A stretch of DNA of 64,000 nt from the human T2T-CHM13v2.0 reference genome, Homo sapiens: NCBI RefSeq assembly GCF_009914755.1, contig NC_060930.1. One strand, given 5' to 3'. Below are positions 40,445 to 56,075 of the stretch, one piece after another. Numbering within the stretch: position 1 is the first letter of the stretch; the number at the start of each line of letters is the position of its first letter. The notes beneath the pieces are model-generated. The model saw only the letters and a program-made list of their open reading frames with translations. It ran no database searches and was not told where the DNA came from. A program made the translations under genes and the position numbers.

Positions 40445-43004
40445 TTATTTCTCAAGAGCTTGACTCTTCTTGGTCCTTGCATTGTCTATAAGTTATAGAA
40501 TCAGGTTGGTAAATGTATACAAAATCATCTTATTTTTGTATCAGAATTACGTTGATTCATTTGTTAGAATAAAATTGTTATTTTTAGAATATTGAAACTT
40601 TAAATGCATAAATATGGCATGTCTCCTTAGGTAATATTTCTTTTCAATTTTCTATTTTCCGTTTTATAGTCTAAACATCTAGTTTCATATTTTATGCATA
40701 TTTTACATTTTGATGCTAAACGTTCTCTTTTAAATTCCATTTTTAAATTATTTCTATATAGAGATATCAATTTGATTTTTTGTGTATTGACATTATATCC
40801 AGCAACATTTCTAAATTTACTAATTCTAATAAATTACATATACATTCATAATCATATTGTCTCTGAAAAGCAACATTTCTTTCTCTCTTTCCCTCCCCAG
40901 TTCCAGTAGCTTTTACTTCCTTTTACCCCCCTTGCTTCGCTGGTTAGGAGTTATTCTCCAAAGTTATTTCAGCATAGTCAATCATATTTAAGCAGTGAAT
41001 ATACTGTCAAAAGTATTGTAGTGGCAATGATTATATACATTTTTCTGAGCAATTTTTTATTCAACAATTATTTAATGGGCATCCACTATGTGCTAAGAAT
41101 TTTGCTAGACACTAGTAAAATTAGAGTGAACAAGTCATAATCTGGACACAGGGAGTTTATGTTTTAGTGGGAGGAGAGAAATCAAAAACAGATAAATTAG
41201 AAAAAATTAGTTGCTCCATGCCATATACATTCTTCTGACCTTGCCTTTAGTTTACTAATTTTTATCTCAATTGTATAGTATGCTGTTAAACACATCCTTT
41301 GAATTATTAAGATGGGTAACCATATTTTTCAGTTCTAGAATTTCAATTTAGTTCAAATCTGTTCTTTCTTTTATAGTTTCCATTTCTTTAGCAGAATTCA
41401 TAATTATGTATTTTATTTCTCAAGTTATTTTAAAGCCTATGCAAGTTAACTTTTCTATCTAAAGCACCTATGTGTGTGTTTTTATTTTCTATATTTATAT
41501 TTATTCTTGTCTGCCTTCTTTTATAACTGGTTATATTTTAATATATATGAGATATGTATCTGAAAATATTGTGTAGAAATAAGCTGAGTCTTAGGATAAT
41601 TTTTATCATCCTTCATCGTGGATGTTTATTTAAGTCTGTTGCTTGCCTGGGGGTGCTGCAAGTTTGAATCACCTTTATTCATTTCCAGGCGTGGAGATGA
41701 TTGGAAGATAGGAGGATTTCTCTACTTCTGATTAACTGTTATTCTCGTGGAGGGGGAGTCGTCTCAGGTCCCAACCCAAAAGAGAGAGGGTTCACCAGGG
41801 ATCACTTTTTGTTGATTCCTGAGCATCATTCACTATGCCCTAGCCAAGAGAAGCTGCCAATGTTTCCTCTCAGCAGCCTTGTCAGGAATCAATAAATACT
41901 GCCAGAAGAACAGTGGCACCACCTCCCTGAGTTTCTTTCCTTCTCCAAATCCTAAACCAGTAATCCTTCCCTATGTTGTCAGATCTCCACTTCCTTCAGA
42001 TGCTTTTAGAATTTATTCTGCTTTTTTAGAGGCACTCAGTAAAAGAGTTGGCTAGAGTTACCTAGTTCACTATTACTGGAAGGGAAGTCTTAATGATTTT
42101 TTTTTAATGTAAACGACTAAAGAGTAATGGAATTAAAAATTCTCAAAACACTTATTTTTTGAATATTTTATGTATACTTTAAAGTTACAAACTATGCATA
42201 TATGCATATTTTTGACCCTATTACATTTACATAGATTTAAGTTAGAATTTAAGATATGTTTGTTTACTATATCATTAAAATATAAATCTTGTATCTTAAA
42301 TTTACCAAGAGATTCTTTTTATTCATTTCATTCTCAAATGAAATATACTTAATACAGAAATTATTAATATCATGTAGTCTGTATCTTCCCATTGCAATGT
42401 TAACATAAAACCCAGGATCTTCTCTTTTTTGTTGACTCTTATACCTCAGTACCTAGTGAAGTGTCTGGCCCACATTAGAGAAGCAAACGAATCTTTGCTG
42501 AGTGAATGAATGCCGTGTACAAACTATTTGCTTCTATAGTAGTGTCCACTGCACTACTTTTGACAACTTACCTGTTCAGTAAAAATGGTTGCAGATCAGA
42601 TTGGAAGAATTTTCTAACATAAAGTATTAAACATAGTCGAGTGTTAGACCATTTTTCATGATTTACTGGGTACTAAGTTTTTGCAAATATGTTTTGTAAG
42701 CCTAAAATTTTGCAAAATATGGTAAAACCACAAATAATCTCAATAATACTTAGATTCTTGATAGAAAACAAGAAAAGTTTTTGCAGAAAATTTGTGGATA
42801 ATTACCATGAGTCTAAGAAGCACAAATAATGATGTACAGTTTTTGTGGGACAATTTTCAGACCTTAGAAACTAAGATTTCCTTCCCTATCTAGAAATGTA
42901 GGATGGGATATTTATTTTTAAATCCTCAATGGAAAGCTTCTCTGTTGGTGATATTTAGAAAGTCTCATGAATTCACAATACTAAGACAAATATAAAAACC
43001 TTTT

Positions 43005-43153
43005 GTTTTGTCTTTTTTTTTTTTTTTCCTTTTTGTGGAGAACAGGGTCTCACTATATTGCCCAGGCAGGTCTCAAACTCCTGGGCTCAAGTTGTCCTCC
43101 TGACTCTGCCTCCCGAAGAGCTGGAACTATAGGCGTGAGCCACCGCACCCGGC
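43005..43153 (-). pseudogene. BCYRN1: BC200 RNA (BCYRN1) retropseudogene, not the parent gene
   Basis: Minus strand reads gccgggtgcggtggctcacgcc...ccagctctt...gagacctgcctgggcaatatagtgagaccctgttctccacaaaaaggaaaaaaaaaaaaaagacaaaa. BC200-specific features: 'CCAGCTCT', 'ACCTGCCTGGGCAATATAG', 'GTTCTCCA.AAAAAGGAAAA...AGACAAAA'. TSD aaaacctttt at 42995-43004 and 43154-43163. Confidence 0.88.
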
Positions 43154-43488
43154 AAAACCTTTTTTATTATCCTAAAATATTAGGAAACCCAAGTGAATTA
43201 TCCCATCAGTGAAAGAGTGTGATATCCCCCCAAAATATTGTTTTAAATACAAATAACTTAAAGTTTAATACATTTTGCATTGCCTGGATTCGGAAATATA
43301 AGACAAAGTAAAACAAAACAATGGCAAAAAGAATTCAGTAACACTACTTCATTACTAGGGCTTTGAAATAAATAATAGCTGTCTAAAATTACTGAGTATT
43401 CTTATTAAGTTTAAAGTAAGCCAGCCTCTGACTAGCTTGATGCAGTGTAAACCTGTACCCTTTACCCAATTCATTCATTACCACCACG

Positions 43489-43510
43489 GTGTGTGTGTGT
43501 GTGTGTGTGT
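43489..43510. repeat. (GT)n microsatellite
   Basis: About 11 units. Confidence 0.9.
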
Positions 43511-44887
43511 AATTCTGTACAAATGAGTATGTTTTAAAGTTTTATTGAGGCATAATTAACATACAATAAACTGTACATAAAGTGTAAAATTTGGTAAGTT
43601 TTGACATATGTATATACTTAAGAAACCATCACCAAAATCAAGATAAATATATTCCTCACCATTGAAAAATTTCTACATATGCCTTTATAATCCTTCACTT
43701 CTGTCCTCCCCATACCACCTGAGCTGTTCCTAGGCAACCACTAATCTTATTTATTTCTTTCTCTATAAACTAGTTTGCATTATTTTATGATATTAAATAA
43801 ATTGATCATACAATATGTATGTACTCTTTTTGAGTCAACATATTTATTTTGAGATTTGTCCATGTTGCAGCATATACCAATAGTTAATTTCTTTTTATTT
43901 CTGATTAGATGGATACATGACAATTTTTCAATCCATTCAGCTACTGATGGGCATTCAGGTTGTTTCATTGTTGAAAGTATATGTCCATACAAAGACTTGT
44001 ATATAATGATGCTAAAAGACTATGCACAGTCTTTGCATGGTTATAGACTTTGTTTCTCTTGGGTTAATTCCCAGTGGTATAATGGCTGGATTATATGAAT
44101 GGTTGTATGTTTAATTTTTAGCAAAACTGCCAAGCAGTTTTGCAAAACAGTTGTACCATTTTACGTTCTTACAAGTAGCATATGAGAATCAGATTTTCTC
44201 TGCATCATTGACAAAATTTGTTGTTTTTTTATTTGAGTTATTTCAATAGGCATGTAGTGCTATATAATTGTGGTTTTAATAAGTGTTTTCATTACGACTA
44301 CTGATGTTGATCATCTTCTCAAGTGCTACTTTCCATCTATATATCTATATATCTTCTTTCATGAAGCTTGCATTCAAATGCTTTGCCCAATTTTTCTTGT
44401 TCTTTTTCTTATTATTATGTTTATAATTTTATGTACATTCGATACAATTGCCTTATCAGATATATGACTTACAAATTTTGCCCCCATTGGTGGCTTAACA
44501 TTTCATTTCATGAACAATGTTTTGCTGATGAAGTCAAATGTTTTTCTTTTATCGATCAAGCTTTTGATGTCATTTATACCAAACTCCAGGTCACAAAACT
44601 TTTATATTTTCTTTTAGAAATTTTATAGTTTTAGGATTTACATTTAGGTTTATGATTTATTCTGAGCTAGTTTATTTTTATTATTATACTTTAAGTTTTA
44701 GGGTACATGTGCACAACATGCAGGTTTGTTACATATGTATACATGTGCCATGTTGGTGTGCTGCACCCATTAACTCGTCATTTAGCATTAGGTATATCTC
44801 CTAATGCTATCCCTCCCCCCTCCCCACATGCCACAACCATCCCCTGTGTGTGATATTCCCCTTCCTGTGTCCTTGTGTTCTCATTGT

Positions 44888-48697
<3,810 letters not shown>

Positions 48698-48760
48698 TAT
48701 GATGTTAGCTGGTTATTTTGCTCGTTAGTTGATGCAGTTTCTTCCTAGCCTTGATGGTCT

Positions 48761-49771
48761 TTACAATTTGGCATGTTTTTGCAGTGGCTGGTACCGGTTG
48801 TTCCTTTCCATGTTTAGTGCTTCCTTCAGGAGCTCTTTTAGGGCAGGCCTGGTGGTGACAAAATCTCTCAGCATTTGCTTGTCTGTAAAGTATTTTATTT
48901 CTCCTTCACTTATGAAGCTTAGTTTGGCTGGATATGAAATTCTGGCTTGAAAATTCTTTTCTTTAAGAATGCTGAATATTGGCCCCCAGTCTCTTCTGGC
49001 TTGTAGAGTTTCTGCTGAGAGATCAGCTGTTAGTCTGATGGGCTTCCTTTTGTGGGTAACCTGACCTTTCTCTCTGGCTGCCCTTAACATTTTTTCCTTC
49101 ATTTCAACTTTGGTGAATCTGACAATTATGTGTCTTGGCGTTGCTCTTCTCGAGGAGTATCTTTGTGGCGTTCTCTGTATTTCCTGAATTTGAATTTTGG
49201 CCTGCCTTGCTAGATTGGGGAAGTTCTCCTGGATAATATCCTGCAGAATGTTTTCCAGCTTGGTTCCATTCTCTCCGTCACTTTCAGGTACACCAATCAG
49301 ACATGGATTTGGTCTTTTCACGTAGTTCCATATTTCATGGAGGCTTTGTTCATTTCTTTTTATTCTTTTTCTCTAAACTTCTCTTCATGCTTCATTTCAT
49401 TCATTTTGTCTTCCATCGCTGATACCCTTTCTTCCAGTTGATTACATTGGTTACTGAGGCTTGTGCATTCATCACGTGGTTCTCGTGCCGTGGTTTTCAG
49501 CTCCATCAGGTCCTTTAAGGACTTCTCTGCATTGGTTATTCTATTTATCCGTTCATCTAATTTTTTTTCAAAGTTTTTAACTTCTTTGCCATTGGTTTGA
49601 ACTTCCTCCTTTAGCTCGGAGTAGTTCGATCTTCTGAAGCCTTCTCTCAACTCCTCAAAGTCAGTCTCCGTCCAGCTTTGTTCCATTGCTGGTGAGGAGC
49701 TGTTCTTTTGGAGGAGGAGATGTGCTGTGAATTTTAGAGTTTCTGGTTTTTCTGCTCTGTTTTTTCCCCAT
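48761..49771 (-). pseudogene. L1 ORF1p, disrupted
   Basis: Two fragments, MEQSWTETDFEEL... and ...RRATPRHIIVRF...YPAKLSF...QPLQKHAKL, in separate ORFs. Confidence 0.95.
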
Positions 49772-52435
49772 CTTTGTGGTTTTATCTACTTTTGGTCTTT
49801 GATGATGGTGACGTACAGATGGGTTTGGTGTGGATGTCCTTTCTGTTTGTTAGTTTTCCGTCTGACAGTCAGGACTCTCAGCTGCAGGTCTGTTGGAGTT
49901 TGCTGGAGGTCCACTCTAGACCCTGTTTGCCTGGGTATCAGCAGTGGTGGCTGCAGAACAGCGGATATTGGTGAACCGCAAATGCTGCTGCCTGATTGTT
50001 CCTCTGGAAGTTTTGTCTCAGAGGAGTACCCGGCCGTGCGAGGTGTCAGTCTGCCCCTACTGAGGGGTGCCTCCCAGTTAGGCTACTCAGGGGTCGGGGA
50101 CCCACTTGAGGAGGCAGTCTGCCTGTTCTCAGATCTCAAGCTGCGTGCTGGGAGAACCACTACTCTCTTCAAAGCTGTCAGACAGGGACATTTAAGTCTG
50201 CAGAGGTTACTGCTGTCTTTTGTTTGTCTGTGCCCTGCCCCCAGAGGTGGAGCCTACCTAGGCAGGCAGGCCTCCTTGATCTGTGGTGGGCTCCACCCAG
50301 TTCGAGCTTCCTGGCTGCTTTGTTTACCTACTCAAGCCTGGGCAATGGCGGGCGCCCCTCCCCGAGCCTCCCTGTCACCTTGCAGCTTGATCTGAGACTG
50401 TTGTGTTAGCAATGAGCAAGGCTCCATGGGCGTAGGACCCTCCGAGCCAGGTGCAGGAGATAATCTCCTGGTGTGCCGTTTGTTAAGCCCGTTGGAAAAG
50501 TGCAGTATTAAAGTGGGAGTGACCCGATTTTCCAGGTGCTGTCTGTCACCCCTTTCTTTGACTAGGAAAGGGAATTCCCTGACCCCTTGCACTTCCCGGG
50601 TGAGGTGATGCCTCACCCTGCTTCGGCTCACACACGGTGAGCTGCACCCCATGTCCTGCAGCCACTGTCCGGCACTCCCCAGTGAGATGAACCCAGTACC
50701 TCAGTTGGAAATGCAGAAATCACCTGTCTTCTGCGTCGCTCTTTTTGTTTAAGAATTGACGTTCATTCTTTTAAGTATGCAGATTTTCAATTGTTGTGGC
50801 ACCGTTTATTGAAAAGCCTGTTCTTTCTTCACTCCTCTGTGCCTTTGTCTAAAGTCCATTGTCTATATATGTGTAGGTCTATTTGATCTCACTGATATAT
50901 CTTTATATCAATACCACGCTGTATTGATTTCTGTAACTTTTTATTGAAATCAGATGGTATTTGTCCTCCAATTTTGTTCTTTTTCAAAGATGTTTTGGTG
51001 CTTTTCAAAGTTTTGTGTTTCCATACAAATTTCAGAATAAAATAGTCAGTGTCTCAAAATATCTTGCTGGGATTGGGATAGGGATTGCACTAAAGCTATC
51101 AGTAAAGTTTGGGGGAACTGACATTCTAATAATATTAAGTGTTCTGGACTATAAAGGTGATATATTGCTCCACTTACTTTGTCATCTTCAATTTTTCTCA
51201 GCAATGGAAAATATACATATCTTTCAGATCATTTGTTGAATTTACCCCTAAATATTTCATATTTTTGATCATACTGGAAATGGTATTTTTATTTCCATAT
51301 ATGATTGTGTATTGCTAATATATAGTAATTCAGCTGATTTTTATATTGACATTGTAATTTATGAACATACTAAACTCATTTATTAGATCCAGAAGCACTT
51401 TTTGTAGATCCATGGGATTTTCTACATAGATAATCACGTTGTCTCAAAAAGATAGTTTTACTTTTTTCTGTTGAACCTGAATACTTTGTTCGTTTGTTTT
51501 TTTTTTTAATTACATTGCACTAATTAGAACCTCAGTACAATGCTGAATAAGAATGCTGAGAGTAGATATCCTTGTCTTCTTCCTGATCTTAGAGGGAACA
51601 CATTCAGGGTTTTACCATTAAATAGAATGTTAGCTGTAAATTTTTGGTAAATGCTCTTTATTACATTGAAGAAGTTTCCTTCTGTTTCTTCTTTGTCAAC
51701 AGTTTTTATCGGAAATGTGTGAATAGATTTTTATAAAATGTTTTTTCTTCACTTATTAAGATGATCACATTTTAGTTTGATAATATCATGAATTATATTG
51801 ACTTTTGAATTTTAAACAGATGCTTGCTACTGTATTCTTAGAATATTATCCATCTTATATAATGTTGGATTCTATTTGCTAAAATTTTGTTTAGAATTGC
51901 TATATCTATGTTCATGAGAGATATTGGTCTATAATTTTCGTTACTTGTATTTCTTGTCCAATCTTGATAGGAGGACAATGCTGGCCTCATAGAAGGAATT
52001 GGGAGATAGTCCTTCCACTTAAATTTTCTGTAAGACTGTTTATGGGATTGGTATTTTGCTTTTGCTAAATATTTGTTATAAATCACCAGTGAAGCCATTT
52101 GGACTTGGAGTTTATTTTTGGGAAAATTTTTAACTACAATTTCAATTTCTTTATAGATATAGGTTTATTTGGTTTTCTATTTCTTCTTAACTGAGTTTTG
52201 ATAGTTTGTATCTTTCAAGGAATTTGCACATTTGATTTATTTAATAAGTATTGAATATGTTAGTCCCAAGTTGTTTATATCATTTTAATAGCAGTAGGAT
52301 TTCCAGTGAAGCTACCCTCTTATTTCTGATATTGTTAACTTGCTAATTTTAAATTATGATTCATAATTAATCTGACTGAATATTTATAATATTATTGATC
52401 CTCTCTAAGAATCAGCTTTAAAAAAGAATCGTCTT

Positions 52436-53301
52436 GAGGTTTTGAGTGAAAAAAAAAACTCAAATTGCTTTTTCTATCGTCTCACTCAACAATAGTCAAC
52501 ACAGAAGACTTCTGTGAGCAAATATTTGGGGATTTCTCTCCACCAACAGGAAAGTAATGCATTCTGCAGCAGACAACAGCTGGGTATCATTTAATTTAGT
52601 TCAATCCAGACACTATCCACCTGCAGATAGCATCAGATTCCACAGATTTAGGTCTCAGTCTCATAAGACTGCCCTCAATTCAGATGCTAATAGCAAGCTC
52701 CTGGTGGTTTTGTCTGTGCTTCTGACCAACTGACTACAAATTGGGGATCCCACTCTCCCCTTCTTGAAGTTGACTAATTTTCTAGAATGGTTCAGAGAAC
52801 TCAGGACCACACTTACTTTCATTCAACAACTCATTATAAACTATATTACAAAGGATACAGATAAAGAGATGGATAAGGCGAGGCATGGGGGATGGAGTGT
52901 GGAGCTTCCAAGCCATCCTGGCTATGCCACCCTCCAGGAACCCACATGCGTTCAGCTATCCAGAAGTATCCAGAAGCTCTGTGAATCCTGTCCTTCTGTG
53001 TTTTTATGGAGGCTTCATTATGTGGGCATGATTGATTAAACCAATGGCCATTGAGAATCAATTTTACCTTCATCCCCTATTTCTCCTAGATGATTGGAGG
53101 GTGAGACTGAAAGTCTCAATCCTCTATTCCTTCCTTGGTCTTTCTGGTAACCAGCCTTCATCCTGAAGCTACCTAGGAGGTGTCAACCATCAGTCAACTC
53201 ATGAGCATACAAAAACCCATCACTTTAGAGACTCTAAGGACTTTAGGAGTTATAGGCCTGGAAATGGGGTCAAACCAACTATGTATTTTAACAATAGCAT
53301 A
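52436..53301 (-). mobile_element. MER21-family solo LTR
   Basis: 'gacactatccacctgcagatagcatcagattccacag', 'tagaatggttcagagaactcagg', 'ttttatggaggcttcattatgtgggcatgattgatt'. Confidence 0.85.
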
Positions 53302-53520
53302 GGTTTCATTGATTTTTATTTGCTTTTTTTTTTAATTTGCTTTTTTTATTTGCTTTTTTTTTTTTTTTTTTTGCTAATTTCTCATCACAGAATGTTAAAG
53401 TCTTATCTTCTCCTCTGTGACTCCAACAACACAAATATTTGATCTTTGGTTATAGTCCTGCATGTCCCTGAGCCTCTGTTCATTTTTTTTAAAATTTAAG
53501 TTTATTGCACAGCGTTTCTC

Positions 53521-54917
53521 CTTCTGGAAAGATAGACAACAATTTTTTCTATTTCTCCCACTAAGGATAACTAAGACCTCTGGACATAATACAAACAAGC
53601 ATAAGAAAACCCTGAAAGGCCAAGAGAAGAGGTGACCACCTGTATTCCCAAAGAATTGCATGGCCAAAATGGCATTGAGTAGCCTGGATTTTCTTTGTAC
53701 TTCAAATAATTTAAACTGGGTAACAATAACAGTTTATCTGGATCATAAAAACAAAGAGAAATCTCCTCACCTAAGTTATATGTGCATTTTTCTGGCATAA
53801 AATTTGGAATTCAGTAGCACCTTATTAAAGTGGTATCAGGCCAGCTATGGTGGCCCATACCTGTAATTGTAGCACTTTGGGAGGAGGCCAAGGCACAAAC
53901 TCAGGAGTCTGAGACCAGCCTGGGCAACATAGCAAAACCCTGTCTTTACAAAAATAAAAATAAAAATTAGCCAAGCGTGATGGCATGCACCTGTAGTCCC
54001 GGCTGCTTGGTAGGCTGTGGCCAGAGGACTGCTTGAGCCCAGAAGATTGAGGTTGTGATGATCCAGGATAGTGCCACTGCACTCTAGCCTGGGTGACAAA
54101 GCAAGACTCTCAAAACAAACAAACAAATAATGAAAATAAAGTAGTGTCAGAGGAGATATAGTGAAGAGTCATGACATTCATCACCACTCAGCAGTGAAGA
54201 GGCAACACCCCTTCTCCTGCCCCTGTGTGAATAGGGGAACATGGGGAGCAGTAATGGGGTACTCTTCCTGTCCAGCCAAGGTGGTATCAGTAGAGATCTA
54301 GTGGGGAGCCTGAACTCCACCCTCATCCATCAGTTATAAGGAACCCTCCCCTCTACAGACCAGGATTTCAGCATAGGGCAAGTGGAGATACTGCACTTTT
54401 ACTCCCACTTAGCAGCAATGAGATGGTTTCATGCATGCTTCCCCCAGTGGAGCAGTGTCAGAGAAGGCCTGCTGAAACCCACAAATAAACGAGGTCCAGA
54501 ATCTTATAACATAATACCAAATAATCTTGTTTTCAATTAAAGAAATCACTTAGCATATTAAGAATTAGGCAGACATCAAAATGTATGAGAAAAGATGATA
54601 AATAGATGGCATACTGAGAGGACAGCTGTTAAATGGTTTGACAAAGATTTTAAAATATCCATGACAAAGTGCTTTAACAAGCAATTACGGACACATCTGA
54701 AACAAATAGAAAACAGAAAGTTTCAACAAAATCTGAAAGTCTTAACAAAGATATAGAATATAGAGAATCAAATGGAAATTTCAGAATGAAAAAATACATT
54801 TAAACACTCAGTGGATGGACTCAAAAGCAGAATAGAGAAAACAGAAGGAAGAATAAGTGTAGTTGAAGATAAAACAATAGAAATTAACCCCTCTGAACAA
54901 CAGAGAGAAATAGACTG
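53521..54917 (+). mobile_element. 5'UTR and start of ORF1 of old L1M, inverted relative to 43531-53490
   Basis: L1M 5' start 'cttctggaaagat...tctcccactaag'; ORF1-like 'aatcaaatggaaatttcagaatgaaaaa...ctcagtggatggactcaa...ctgaacaacagagagaaatagactg'. Confidence 0.8.
53839..54137 (+). mobile_element. AluJ
   Basis: Diverged dimeric Alu with (AAAC) tail; TSD aaagtggtatca / aaagtagtgtca. Confidence 0.9.
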
Positions 54918-55404
54918 TAATATGTAAAAAATATTTACACATATTATCATTTTCTGCTAATCTTGCTTATTTATTTATTTATTTATTAACTTTAAAGCAT
55001 TTTGATATTTTTACTTTGGTTCTAAATAAAGTATTCTTTCCCTAAAAATAGTATACGTGTTGTAGACCAAACGTCCTAATACCATAATTGAGATTAAAAA
55101 TCTTTGTATCTGAGCCCTTCTACTCTATGTTTTGTGACTTTGTCTTCAGAACACTCTTTGTAGAACTCATAGGCATATTTTGAACGTGATGGTGGCCAAA
55201 GTGAACAATGCTGTTTCCTCTGTCTCAGGCTTTCTTCAGCCTGGAGTTGTCAAGTGAAAATTCCAGGGTCTCTTTCACATTCTCTATTTTACTTTCTCTT
55301 CTAATGCTGTCCAGTAGGTATCAAGGAATTACAAGACATCCTGGTGGACAATAGCCAGAATTTCCTCTTTTTTATGGTGAAATATAAAGTTATAGTTAAA
55401 GGGA

Positions 55405-55565
55405 ATGAGATTCAGAATCAGATAGACAGGGTTGAAATTCTTCCATTCCCCATTCTTAACTGTGTCACACTGAACAAGGTAGTTAATTGCTTGCTTATTA
55501 TGACCCAGGTTTGCATATACAATAATATAAAAGTTCAGCAGCTTGAGAGACTTATTAGGCATTAA
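55405..55565 (+). mobile_element. MIR
   Basis: 'agaatcagatagacagggttgaaattc...aactgtgtcacactgaacaaggta'. Confidence 0.6.
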
Positions 55566-55631
55566 ATATATTTCAGCTTCGCTTTCATTCCTGGCCAAAA
55601 AAAATGTTATGAACAATGTCCCTGTGTGGAC

Positions 55632-55666
55632 TGTGTGTGTGTGTGTGTGTCTGTGTGTGTGTGTGT
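55632..55666. repeat. Interrupted (TG)n microsatellite
   Basis: Read directly from the sequence. Confidence 0.92.
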
Positions 55667-55927
55667 TTGTATGGTGTGTGTTCCATGTAACTCAGGGTAC
55701 TTAAAAGTTCAGAGTAACTTGTAACAAACCAGTTTAAAGCCAGGCTAAGACAATATTTTATAAAGGAATGATTTGTCTAGCTTTCTTGTTCTGAACACAA
55801 AATAATATTTTGTTGTATGACATAGGTCGGGTCTTCCAAGATGATTTTCAGATCCCTGCAGCATTGGACTCTGAAGATTACGGAGCATTTTGTTAGAATA
55901 ACTGAACCCTTATTCTGAAATGGGAAC

Positions 55928-56075
55928 TATACATATAGTTTATATAGTATATATATATAGTTTATTTATATATATAGTTTATATATGATATATATACTTT
56001 ATAAACAAAAGGGATTATATATTATATATATAAAATATATATATAATATCTATAAACTATATATATAAAACTATA
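55928..56075. repeat. (TA)-rich low-complexity repeat
   Basis: Degenerate TATATA runs with 'tatatagttt' units on the left and 'aaactatata' units on the right. Confidence 0.9.

Larger units (their letters stand above)
38150..41050 (-). mobile_element. Old L1ME-like LINE (3' end and ORF2 remnants) with nested insertions
   Basis: 'gtaaatggaatcttacagtatgtaccct...gtctggcttctttca', 'tttgcattttcctgattact', 'tattgacattatatccagcaac'. Confidence 0.75.

Noticed and set aside
49727-50395. 222-aa plus-strand ORF
   Set aside because: Antisense reading of the GC-rich L1 5'UTR; only its last 16 codons correspond to truncated ORF0.
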